From Octopus bimaculoides (Eukaryota), in contig NC_068997.1 in assembly GCF_001194135.2 (NCBI RefSeq), positions 19,761,377 through 19,825,376 on the forward strand: DNA of 64,000 nt, written 5' to 3'. The position numbers were made by a program, and so were the translations under genes. The notes beneath the pieces were generated by a model. That model worked only from the letters and a program-made list of their open reading frames with translations, ran no database searches and was not told the origin of the DNA. This document shows positions 24,313 through 35,848 of the stretch, piece by piece (position 1 is the first letter of the stretch; every line of letters starts with the position of its first letter).

Positions 24313-24864
24313 ACTATACTTGTAAGGACCTTAGATAGAGTCTGGCTAATGGTTGGCTTTAAGGAGCCTGAAATATACCCTGGTGACCCTTCTAGCACTC
24401 TTTTGTGACTTATCAGTCAGTAAAATTGATTTCTTGATTAGTTCATTTTATTTTTGCTGCTTTCTGTATAAGCTTAACGGGGGAAAGATGTTGAGGATTA
24501 TCACTTAACACTAAACACCTAATATGTTAAACCGACTGCAGTTTAAATAGGATTAACAGCATTGAGAGATGATGGCTGGCTGGCTGGCTGCCATATACTG
24601 CTTTATTAAAAAAGGTTGTTTTCATATGATTTTGCTGAATGGTGACCTTTAGTGTATGGTCTCAGTAAAACTTTGACTTTATGTCACACCTCTTGCATTA
24701 GTGAGTTAACACTCTTAGATTCTGGCGGTGGGAGGGGGGTCCGTAAAGAGTTGCTATTATTATTTTTATAAAAATGAAAAGCAATAAAGAAAAAACAAAC
24801 AAAAAAAATCAATCAAACTTACAACAAAATAACAAGATATTCTTTATATATTTTATTTTCTATC

Positions 24865-25103
24865 TTACCTTTTATTTGCTGCAGTCATTGGACTGTGGCC
24901 TTGTTGGGGCACCATCTTGAAGGCTTTTAGTCAAACAAATGGAGCTTAGCGCTTATTTTCCTTTTTAAGTCTGGTTCCTATTTTATCGATCTCTTTTGCT
25001 GAGCAGCTAGATTACTAGAGGTGGGGTTGGAGTTTAAACAACTCAACACCAACTGTTAAGTTGTGGTTGGAAGTCAAATGGACACAAGAACACACACACA
25101 CAC

Positions 25104-25140
<37 letters not shown>

Positions 25141-25250
25141 ACAGATTGCAAACACAGAGCTATATTAGAAGATGCTCACCCAAAGCGCCGCACTGTGGGA
25201 TTGAACACAAAACCACATGGTTACGAAGCAAGCTTCTTAACCACACAGAC
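24865..25250 (-). mobile_element. SINE family B, full length with (CA)n
   Basis: Reverse complement of tail, (CA)n and head. Confidence 0.75.
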
Positions 25251-25679
25251 ATATATCGTTTTATCTGATATTGCATTACCACCAAAATATTTTAATATTT
25301 TTAATTTTATTTTTTTGCTTTATAATTCTTTTTATTTATTCTTTGGAAAGAGTTGAACTTAGTCACCAAGCTTATTTTGTTATCGGCGTGGGAACTAAGT
25401 GGGTGGAATTTCAATACATCATAGAATACAAACATCACTGTTAAGTCAGATACCATTATGCCATTTGCCTGTTCCTTGTTACAAAATAGGCGCTGCTTCC
25501 ATCTCCGTGTTTGTGTATTACGTTTTAAGTATGGCGCCTCCATATGAAGTAACTGTTCTAGCACTTACTGTTCTAGTATTTTGATAAATTTTGTCAAAAT
25601 TTCCCAAATCATCCATTCTTGCATTTATGTAAAAAAAATGGATGTAAAATTTTTTTTTAAATTGTGTAAAATTTGTGTT

Positions 25680-25836
25680 GGCGTAGGCATAGCTGTGTGA
25701 TTAAGAAGTTTGCTTCCAAATCACATGGCTCCAGGTTCAGTGCAGTTGTGTGGTACCTTGGCCAAGTGTCTTCTACTATAGCCTCAAGCTGACCAATGCC
25801 TTGTGAGTGGATTTGTTGGACAGAAACTGAAAGAAG
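25680..25836 (+). mobile_element. SINE family B head, ending at a gap
   Basis: ggcgtaggcatagctgtgtg..gacagaaactgaaagaag|N. Confidence 0.8.
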
Positions 25837-26135
25837 NNNNNNNNNNNNNNNNNNNNNNNNNNNNNNNNNNNNNNNNNNNNNNNNNNNNNNNNNNNNNNNN
25901 NNNNNNNNNNNNNNNNNNNNNNNNNNNNNNNNNNNNNNNNNNNNNNNNNNNNNNNNNNNNNNNNNNNNNNNNNNNNNNNNNNNNNNNNNNNNNNNNNNNN
26001 NNNNNNNNNNNNNNNNNNNNNNNNNNNNNNNNNNNNNNNNNNNNNNNNNNNNNNNNNNNNNNNNNNNNNNNNNNNNNNNNNNNNNNNNNNNNNNNNNNNN
26101 NNNNNNNNNNNNNNNNNNATATATATGTATGTATA

Positions 26136-26189
<54 letters not shown>

Positions 26190-26919
26190 TATAGATACAT
26201 ATGAATATGCATTGAGCTTCTTTCAAGTTCCATCTACCAAATCTCTTCACAAGGCTTTAGTCAACCCAGGGTTACATACAAAATCTCTTTGTAAAGTTCC
26301 AATATTCCTTGTGTCTTGAATAATGTCTTGTATTACCTGAATGTGTTTCAAAGATTATTTGAGATGAGGCAAATTTCATATTTAAAGTGTATTATTTCCT
26401 TATATAGAGAAACATATCAAGCAAATATTATGGATATTATTGTTTAGTAATGCTCGTTTCAAAACCATTATTATATTGAATGTAAAGAGGTATGAAGTTG
26501 ATCATACTGCTTGATTATATCTTTAGCCCCACTAAAAACACATTTGAAATCATCGTGGTTATTATATTCTACACAGAAAATCCATTTGATGTTTCATAAT
26601 TGAAAATTTATGATATATTTCTGTGCATGAGTGCATGTATATGTGTAAATGTGTGTGTGCATGTGCGTATGTGTGCATGAATATATATATGTGTGTGTGT
26701 GTGTGTGTGTAGGTATGCATAGAATTTAAATTTGCATGAGTATTTATTTCACGTGGACAAATGATAAATTAAGTACTAAGGCTTTTAATATTGTTTGTTC
26801 ATTACATGGTTAAAATTTTGTCATGTGTGTGCATGTATAGATATATAAGTATGTATGCATGTATATATGTTTATATATATGTTTATATATATGCATATAT
26901 ATTTATATCTCTTTCTCTC

Positions 26920-26961
<42 letters not shown>

Positions 26962-27431
26962 NNNNNNNNNNNNNNNNNNNNNNNNNNNNNNNNNNNNNNN
27001 NNNNNNNNNNNNNNNNNNNNNNNNNNNNNNNNNNNNNNNNNNNNNNNNNNNNNNNNNNNNNNNNNNNNNNNNNNNNNNNNNNNNNNNNNNNNNNNNNNNN
27101 NNNNNNNNNNNNNTATATATAAGAATATTACATGAAAATTTAATATGTGTGTGTTTCTCTCTGTGTAGCATTGCATTTAATATACATATATAAACATATA
27201 TATATATTCATAAATGTATTTGAAGCATTATGCTACACAGACATACACTTATGCATTAATCTCTTTGTAATATTCCTTGTGTCCCCAATAATGGCTTATA
27301 TTGCAATTATGAGAATCAAAAATTTCTTTATGTATGGATATGTGTGATGTGAGTGAATGTATACATGTGTGCGCAAATATACTTGCATGCATGTGTGTAT
27401 GTATATATATATATATATGTGTAGTGCAATA

Positions 27432-27468
<37 letters not shown>

Positions 27469-27882
27469 GTATATATGTGTGTGTGTACACAGAATGGCTA
27501 AAATCTAAATCTTATTTATGAAATTCAGCACTTCTAAAAGATGGCCTCATACCGAATTCAACTTAAGAAGATATATTGGAAAAAATATATTGGATTTTCA
27601 AAGAGTTCATCAATCAAAATACCTGATTGTAGTCTTTCTGGTTACCATTCTCTCCACCTAACCTAAATGAACTAAGGACCATAGCAAATTTTTATCAAAT
27701 ATTCTTGTCAAATATTTCTGTATATATCTTTGTCAATTTTCACTCTTTACTTTTTCAGTTTTTAGTAAATATTATATAAGTAGTGTAACTCTTAGTTTGT
27801 ACTGATGAGACACAATCACATTGAAACAGTTCTTTTCCCAAATAATAAACAGAATAGATATTGTAATTGATATGAAACTAAA

Positions 27883-28094
27883 TTAATCCTTTAGCCTTCA
27901 GATTATTCTATGAAATGCAATGCTTACTTATTCACATTGCTTTGAATTAATCATGCATTGTCTTGTGGCGTCAAGATTTTGATAAAGTGGTTTTCTTTTA
28001 TTCTTTACAATGACAGTTGATTCTTGCCAGTTTGAACATAACAGAGGCAGAATATTTTGACCAGATATGGCCAGTTTAATTGCTAAAGGGTTAA
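27883..28094 (+). mobile_element. piggyBac-like MITE, copy 2
   Basis: TTAA|tcctttagccttcag ... ttgctaaaggg|TTAA; same body as 569-838. Confidence 0.72.
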
Positions 28095-28139
28095 ATATGA
28101 AAATTAAAATATAAGAAGTGAACCTAGCCATATAAACTG

Positions 28140-28232
28140 TGCCAAAGCAGATATTGAAGCTTGGCACAATCTTCTGGTTTGCCAGCTACTGTCAAACTAT
28201 CCAGCCCTTATCAGCATGGAAAGTGGGTATTA

Positions 28233-28262
<30 letters not shown>
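28140..28262 (+). mobile_element. RTE-tail repeat fragment (family D)
   Basis: gtcaaactatccagcccttatcagcatggaaagtgg..tta-(GAT)n. Confidence 0.55.
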
Positions 28263-28263
<1 letters not shown>

Positions 28264-29542
28264 TATTATGTTTATTCAGCAAGAAAGAATACTATAACAA
28301 GATTTCTCTCCCTTACAAAGAAATTGAATGATTAATAAGAAAGAATTTACCTGCATGTGCACACATACACACACATAATTCTCATTGTGAATAACCTTCC
28401 ACATAAAAGTGTCATACTATGGTACACAAAATTATTCTTTCTCCATCACACTCTAAACCATGCATTACTATTACTAAGCCACCTCCTGTACAGTTACAAT
28501 TTATATTTCAATTCTTCAGCCTTCAACTTCTATTATTAATTCTCTACTTCTACTCCTTTTCAGTTCTAATACCATAGTACCACTTTATAGTTAATTTTTT
28601 TGCAGTTACTACACTCATAAAAGAGCCTGTTGCTCTTATGAGACTTATGAGTCTTACATTCTATCTTTGAAATGGTTTTATTGTTGTATGCACCTCCTCT
28701 CACCAACCAAATTGTACTGGGTATATTTTAATGGGATATTAGCAATTGAGGAGGTTCTCTTGATCCCTGCAATACTTACTCAGCTCTATGTTATTACCAT
28801 TTGTTTGCCAACTGCTTTACAGAGTGAAGTGGGCATGTTTCATTGCGGTGGCACCTGCACTACAGAGGTTGCCTGGTTCCCAGCATGACTAAAGCATCTT
28901 CTATGTTATCTTAGTTCATCCAAGGCTACATGTCTGAGACTATGAACAGTGAGCTTGAAAAATTATGTAGAGATGAAACAAGACTAGTTTTTAGAGTCAG
29001 AGTTCAGAAATGAATGCTGTTTTCCTTAAATTGTGTTGTTCCATTCTATTTCTTTCAATGGAAACATTATATGCATTGGTATGTATGTACATACGGCACT
29101 TCACATATTGGAGCATAACTCTTTAACACTACTGATTCCAAAAAGATATGTAATCTTGGCGGTTTCCATGTTTCCTCTTAAACTGGTTTTGTATGCTGGC
29201 TAACCACAGCGAATGTTGGTGAAACACACGTAGGTCCACAAAAGAATGCTGTGAATAACTGTTTTATAAAATTATAGGTGTGGAAAATCTCCATTCTCCT
29301 GATTGATACTATATATATATGTATGTATGTACGTTTATGTATACATATATATATAATACAAAGAATATATATATATGTATACACACATATATGTACATAC
29401 TTACATCTACATGTGTATATATATGCATATCAGGGTACAGGACGTTAGAACAATGAACTACAGACAACGGAAAAAACACAGGAAAACGGAAAGCCACTTG
29501 GAATATTCCTTCATCAGCTGTCTCTATTCTAACTAGACGTTT

Positions 29543-29576
<34 letters not shown>

Positions 29577-30080
29577 NNNNNNNNNNNNNNNNNNNNNNNN
29601 NNNNNNNNNNNNNNNNNNNNNNNNNNNNNNNNNNNNNNNNNNNNNNNNNNNNNNNNNNNNNNNNNNNNNNNNNNNNNNNNNNNNNNNNNNNNNNNNNNNN
29701 NNNNNNNNNNNNNNNNNNNNNNNNNNNNNNNNNNNNNNNNNNNNNNNNNNNNNNNNNNNNNNNNNNNNNNNNNNNNNNNNNNNNNNNNNNNNNNNNNNNN
29801 NNNNNNNNNNNNNNNNNNNNNNNNNNNNNNNNNNNNNNNNNNNNNNNNNNNNNNNNNNNNNNNNNNNNNNNNNNNNNNNNNNNNNNNNNNNNNNNNNNNN
29901 NNNNNNNNNNNNNNNNNNNNNNNNNNNNNNNNNNNNNNNNNNNNNNNNNNNNNNNNNNNNNNNNNNNNNNNNNNNNNNNNNNNNNNNNNNNNNNNNNNNN
30001 NNNNNNNNNNNNNNNNNNNNNNNCAAGTGAAAAAATATAAATAAATCTGCATTTTATGACTTCCGTGTGTAATTGTAAAC

Positions 30081-30385
30081 CAGAGATTCTCAAACTTTTG
30101 GGCCATTGCCCTCCCCCTCATGGCCACATAATACCCTCACCGCCCCACCCCTATTTTTATGTGTAAATAAAGATTTTATATTTTACTAATTTATATATAT
30201 TATGAATCATTTGATATTTAATGTAATATTATATAATTTGTATACAATACTATGATAATATAAATTCATAGCTCCCAATGCCTCCTTCTTCTCTACCGTC
30301 CCCTCCTGCCCCGTTACGCACCAGTGCCCACCTGGACCCTCTCAACACCCACTAGGGAGCAGTAGAGCCCATTTGAGAACCTATG
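30081..30385. mobile_element. hAT (Charlie-like) MITE
   Basis: TIRs cagagattctcaaact / atttgagaacctatg; degenerate 8-bp TSD ttgtaaac / atgtagac. Confidence 0.68.
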
Positions 30386-30815
30386 ATGTAGACAAACAAA
30401 TATCATCTTATTGTATATACATAATATATTTATGGATTCAATATCTATCCAGCAAATGTGATATTGAGCACTCATTCTCACTGTCGGATACTATCATATA
30501 CATAAATACATATATATATCTATGTATATACACATATACATACATATATCAGCCATACATACATATATGTATACCACAAACACTTACATGCAGACATTTA
30601 TACATCCATCCATCCATACATACATACATTATTGCTTATCCATTAATAATTATATTAATTTTTTTTGTTTTAAGTCTGTAGCCTAATAAGGCATAAAGAG
30701 CTTAAAATCTATAATGTAAGTTAATATTAAAGGATTTACTAGGTAAGTACTGGAGACAAAACAGAAATAAATACATCACTATCAGGTGTTGTTACTTACA
30801 CTTGCTCTCACGCAG

Positions 30816-30876
30816 CTTGCTTGCCGAAACTTTGCCCCTGTCACTTAACCTGTGCGAAATACACTCTCTGAATCAG
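30816..30876 (+). other. Candidate spliced exon (61 nt)
   Basis: cacttgctctcacgcag|...CAG|gtaagt; one open frame LLAETLPLSLNLCEIHSLNQ; no recognised homology. Confidence 0.3.
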
Positions 30877-30962
30877 GTAAGTGACTAGAAACTGAGATCA
30901 GGCTTCATTTCATTTAGTTGTGTGTGTGTGTATGTGTGTGTGTTTGTGTGTGTGTGTGTATT

Positions 30963-31015
<53 letters not shown>

Positions 31016-31968
31016 NNNNNNNNNNNNNNNNNNNNNNNNNNNNNNNNNNNNNNNNNNNNNNNNNNNNNNNNNNNNNNNNNNNNNNNNNNNNNNNNNNNNN
31101 NNNNNNNNNNNNNNNNNNNNNNNNNNNNNNNNNNNNNNNNNNNNNNNNNNNNNNNNNNNNNNNNNNNNNNNNNNNNNNNNNNNNNNNNNNNNNNNNNNNN
31201 NNNNNNNNNNNNNNNNNNNNNNNNNNNNNNNNNNNNNNNNNNNNNNNNNNNNNNNNNNNNNNNNNNNNNNNNNNNNNNNNNNNNNNNNNNNNNNNNNNNN
31301 NNNNNNNNNNNNNNNNNNNNNNNNNNNNNNNNNNNNNNNNNNNNNNNNNNNNNNNNNNNNNNNNNNNNNNNNNNNNNNNNNNNNNNNNNNNNNNNNNNNN
31401 NNNNNNNNNNNNNNNNNNNNNNNNNNNNNNNNNNNNNNNNNNNNNNNNNNNNNNNNNNNNNNNNNNNNNNNNNNNNNNNNNNNNNNNNNNNNNNNNNNNN
31501 NNNNNNNNNNNNNNNNNNNNNNNNNNNNNNNNNNNNNNNNNNNNNNNNNNNNNNNNNNNNNNNNNNNNNNNNNNNNNNNNNNNNNNNNNNNNNNNNNNNN
31601 NNNNNNNNNNNNNNNNNNNNNNNNNNNNNNNNNNNNNNNNNNNNNNNNNNNNNNNNNNNNNNNNNNNNNNNNNNNNNNNNNNNNNNNNNNNNNNNNNNNN
31701 NNNNNNNNNNNNNNNNNNNNNNNNNNNNNNNNNNNNNNNNNNNNNNNNNNNNNNNNNNNNNNNNNNNNNNNNNNNNNNNNNNNNNNNNNNNNNNNNNNNN
31801 NNNNNNNNNNNNNNNNNNNNNNNNNNNNNNNNNNNNNNNNNNNNNNNNNNNNNNNNNNNNNNNNNNNNNNNNNNNNNNNNNNNNNNNNNNNNNNNNNNNN
31901 NNNNNNNNNNNNNNNNNNNNNNNNNNNNNNNNNNNNNNNNNNNNNNNNNNNNNNNNNNNNNNNNNNNN

Positions 31969-32009
<41 letters not shown>

Positions 32010-32194
32010 ATATATACATATATATGTTTATATATGTGTTATATGCAATAGAAATCATTTATCTATCATACTAAATGTAAATGCAGCATGATAGGCAAGG
32101 TTACTGCAGTAAACGCAATAACACAATACATATTTACATTGTGGAAGGTGACGAATGTGTGTGTGTATGTCTATATACATCTCTCTCTCTTTCT

Positions 32195-32492
32195 CTCTTT
32201 TACTTGTTTCAGTCTTTTGACTGCACCCATGTTGGAGCACCGCCTTTAGTCGAGCAAATCGACCCCAGGATTCTTCTTTGTAAGCCTAGTACTTATTCTA
32301 TCGGTCTCTTTTGCTGAATCACTAAGTTACAGGGACGTAAACACACCACCATCGGTTGTCAAGTGGTGTTAGACACAGACATACAAACACAGACATGCAA
32401 ACATATACACATACATATATATATATATACATATATACGATGGGCTTCTTTTCAATTTTCGTCTACCAAATCCTCTCAGAAGGCTTTGGTTG
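32195..32492 (-). mobile_element. SINE family B, 3' two-thirds
   Basis: ttttacttgtttcagtc..gagcaccgcctttagtcgagcaaatcgaccccagga... Confidence 0.8.
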
Positions 32493-32524
32493 TTAATGCT
32501 ACCATACAATTGCTTCCTCGATCT

Positions 32525-32665
32525 TGTGTGAGGATGTGTCTGAGATGAGAAGGGTGGAGAAACTGGAATGAGACCAGGACAGTGGAAGGAAACAGAACTG
32601 GTTGGAGAGATCGTGTTGCAGCCTTATGTGCTTCATGGCAGTGGGAGGGCCAACTAACCAATAGA
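32525..32665 (+). mobile_element. RTE LINE 3' fragment (same family as 33590-33976)
   Basis: tggaatgagaccaggacagtgg...ctggttggagagatcgtg...ttatgtgcttcatggca...ccaactaa matches 33885-33976. Confidence 0.72.
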
Positions 32666-33064
32666 GCCAATGCCCATGGAGATAGTGCATCTGTGGGCAA
32701 GAGGCTGCAATGTGTGTGTGGATGATTTGTGCATGGCAACTTTCCAGTGACTGCAACACTCCAGTGACTACCATTGTCAAGTTTTGTAAATTGTTTAGCA
32801 CAGTTATAGGAACAAGAATCAAACTGGGAATTTCTACCTTGCCGTAGTGGAAGCACAACCAACAGCAGAATGTATGAGAAGGGGTAACAACATCAACCGT
32901 AACCCTGTAGAGATGGAATTAACTGTGTGTCCCTATTTATTTTAATTGCAATATATAGCAAATTTATTAAAAGATGTAACTTATGAAACTCTCATTAATG
33001 TACAAAATGTTTGTATGGCTTCAGTGATTCTTTATTTGCATATAAGTTGACTTGACATCATGCT

Positions 33065-33269
33065 TTGACTCTTTAGCATTTGGATTTCATTCTCAGATAT
33101 AATGTTTATTAATTCATAATGTTTCACATTAATCATGCATTATCTTGTAGCTTCAAGATTTAGAATGACATTGTAGGGTAGATGTGGGAAGTTGGATTTA
33201 GTCAGTTTCAACATAAAGCAGGTAGAATATTTTAGCCAGATATGGCTGGTTTAATTGCTAAAGGGTTAA
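33065..33269 (+). mobile_element. piggyBac-like MITE, copy 3
   Basis: ttga|ctctttagcattt ... ttgctaaaggg|TTAA; same body. Confidence 0.7.
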
Positions 33270-33289
33270 ATAATTTATAAAGTCCATGG

Positions 33290-33976
33290 TCTCTCACCAT
33301 CCATCAGTTTAGCCACCTCTGACATAAGAGTTATGGGTAGAGCTGTCTTAATACACAGTTATTTATATACCTTCACCACAAGGTCCAGTCCTTGTTGAGA
33401 TGTGGTGCCTTGTTGAGAGCTTTTCCTGCAAAATGCAAGCTTCTGGTATGGCCTCCCATGCTGGACAGGTCAAAGGATAGAGGCCAATGTTATATGGACC
33501 ACCTCCTCCAAGAAGTAAAAATGAATTTGCATAGGGTCAATGTTTTCTTCACAGGATCTCCTGCATAATAAGAAATGGAAAAAAGCAAAAAACAAAACAA
33601 TGAAGAGCTTCCAATTCACATGCTTAAGGAGAATACTTGACATCAACTGGCTGCAATGAGTTTGAAATGACACAATTGAGACAATAATGGGCATTGTTAG
33701 GATCAGAGACAGAATAAGGCACCAATGTTGGAACTGGATTGGTTATGTCTGCAGACAAGATAGAGAGAGCAACTGTATGGTGGCGCCAAAACGATGGCTT
33801 GAGTGGGGAAAGAACAGTAGGGCACCCCAAAATCACGTGGCAAAGGACCATTGACAAGGAAAGGAGACAAAAAGTATGGAGGAGTTGGAATGAAACCAGA
33901 ACAGTGGTAAAAAAACAGAGCTGGTTGGAGAGATCATGGAGCGGTTTTATGTGCTTCATGGCATGGAGAGAACCAA
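33290..33976 (+). mobile_element. RTE LINE relic (3' end, plus a putative 5'-like part)
   Basis: Across frameshifts: FQFTCLRRILDINW, WNWIGYVCR, GHPKITWQRTIDKERRQKVWRSWNETRTVV, SWLER...LCAS; ends accaactaactaa. Confidence 0.75.
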
Positions 33977-34208
33977 CTAACTAATGGGCCCGACATTCAC
34001 CTCTACCTAGAAAAAAAGGAAAGTTACAGGAGTATCAATGACATTTCAAAATCAACAAGACCTGGTGGAATAGAAGCAGAAAAGACAACCCAGAGTTAAG
34101 AAGATTGTAGAAAGGCCAGTGATGGCCTATGCTTCATAGGATGCAAAGGGCTTAAATAAGTAATGTACACAACTGCAGCATACATTGATGAGCTTTGAGC
34201 CCTTAGAG

Positions 34209-34560
34209 TAATGGTTCTCAACCAAGGCCCATATGGCCCCTGAGGGTTCATATAATACTTTTGGGGGTCCACGTAACAAAATAGTAAATTAGAGATCCAC
34301 AACAGAATTTGAAGGTCCCCTGAAAAAATTTTGCTTTAGATGTATGTATTGGTGTGTATTGCAAGAAAGGGCTAGGTTTCTTTCTTTGACATTTTACATA
34401 GTTCAGCATACACAAGTTAATGTGCAAAAAACAAAACAGGAATTTTGAAAGATGCTTCTACAAAACTAGTTTTTAAACATCAAATGGCTCTAGGGATCCA
34501 CCAGAATAAAATAATAATCAAAGGAGTCCTTAAAATAAAAAAAGTGGTTAAGAACCCCTG
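34209..34560. mobile_element. hAT (Charlie-like) MITE
   Basis: taatggttctcaacc ... ggttaagaacccctg termini, flanked by ccttagag / cctagatc. Confidence 0.65.
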
Positions 34561-35374
34561 CCTAGATCAATGGGGTCTCCAGGCAATTCATCAATGTTTC
34601 CATGTCTTAAATGTGTCCACTGTTTATGGGGATTCCTGCATCTCTCTGTGAGCTTTCTCCTACATTTAACATGAAAGAAAAAAAAAAAAGAATGGAAATA
34701 AAAATGATGCTTATGAGTTACCATAAAAAATATAAATGAGGGCAAAAAGAAAAGAAAGAAATTGTTTTCCTTCTTCTTCTTCTTCTTCTTTGTCAGATAT
34801 CAAGCTTTGGTTCTCATATACACGTCCACCCACATATAAATAACTCTCTCTCTCTCAACATAATATGTGACATATAAACAAACTAATTTCTTTGCAGAAC
34901 ACTTTTCATTAGAGAAGTAGTTCAAGTGTTCTTGATGAGAAATATGAGGTTTCAAATATCGGTTTCCTAATTCCTTGTGTTTATGTTTTGATTACTTCAA
35001 ATATTATACTTTGATAAATTATTGAATATTATTTTCTATGAATGTGAAATGTTTTTCTCACATGTTTATGTAAAGTTGTTTTTTTTTATCATTACTAAAA
35101 TTACAAATGAAATGAAATAAAATATTATGATTCATTTTCTCTTTCTTTTCAAATACAAGTTAATTAACAGTTTTTGATCTGTCTGAAGAGTTTTAGTTAA
35201 AGATCTTTTCTGAAATAAACAGCAGATTGCATAAAATATGGTTGTTGTTTGCTTTTCAGTTCTCAAAGTATGTGTCTTACCATTATTGGAGACTATATGT
35301 ATTTGCTAGCTTTGTCTGTGTCCTTGGGAATTAGGTGCTAACTATTATTTATTATTACCTTTTTAATACTGGCA

Positions 35375-35580
35375 TGTCTGCCTGGTTGAAAGCTCTGCTT
35401 TATAACAACATGGTTTGTGGTTTTGTATCATTATATGGAACCTTGAGTTTGTGTGTTTTATTGTGCCTGGGCTCTTTTTGACTAATAACTACCTTGTGAG
35501 TGGAATTTGGTAAATGAAATCTGTGTGGAAGCCCAGGCGCAGGAGTGACTGTGTGGTAAGTAGCTTGCTTACCAACCACC
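35375..35580 (+). mobile_element. Old SINE family B head plus a short, less decayed head
   Basis: Decayed head at 35375-35530; ggcgcaggagtgactgtgtggtaagtagcttgcttaccaacc at 35536-35577. Confidence 0.6.
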
Positions 35581-35800
35581 TTTTTGAGGAATGGTTCCTA
35601 TTCCTAAATGGTAGACTTACATTGTTACTTAGTTTAAAAGCTTCATCTAGACTTTGATGTCATTTAGCAGAGTTCACTCTTTGAAAGAATTTTCGCCTGA
35701 TCTCCATTCCAAAGAAAACTGAACACATCTGTCCTTAGTTTTTACAGGCTTTTGGTGTGAATAGGAAAAGAATATAGTGATTAGTGTATCATCTCCACAG

Positions 35801-35848
35801 ATTTGTAAACGAAACAAACAGTAGATTCATTGACACCAAGCTTGATAG
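35801..35848 (+). other. Candidate spliced exon (48 nt, phase 2-2)
   Basis: tatcatctccacag|...AG|gtatga; open frame FVNETNSRFIDTKLD; no recognised homology. Confidence 0.22.

Noticed and set aside
28594-28888. ~98-codon open frame after a good acceptor
   Set aside because: Composition is random-like with no recognisable domain; probably decayed repeat.
35615-35720. Minus-strand FLWNGDQAKI, an L1/Tx1-like motif
   Set aside because: Too short and stops immediately; not enough to call.
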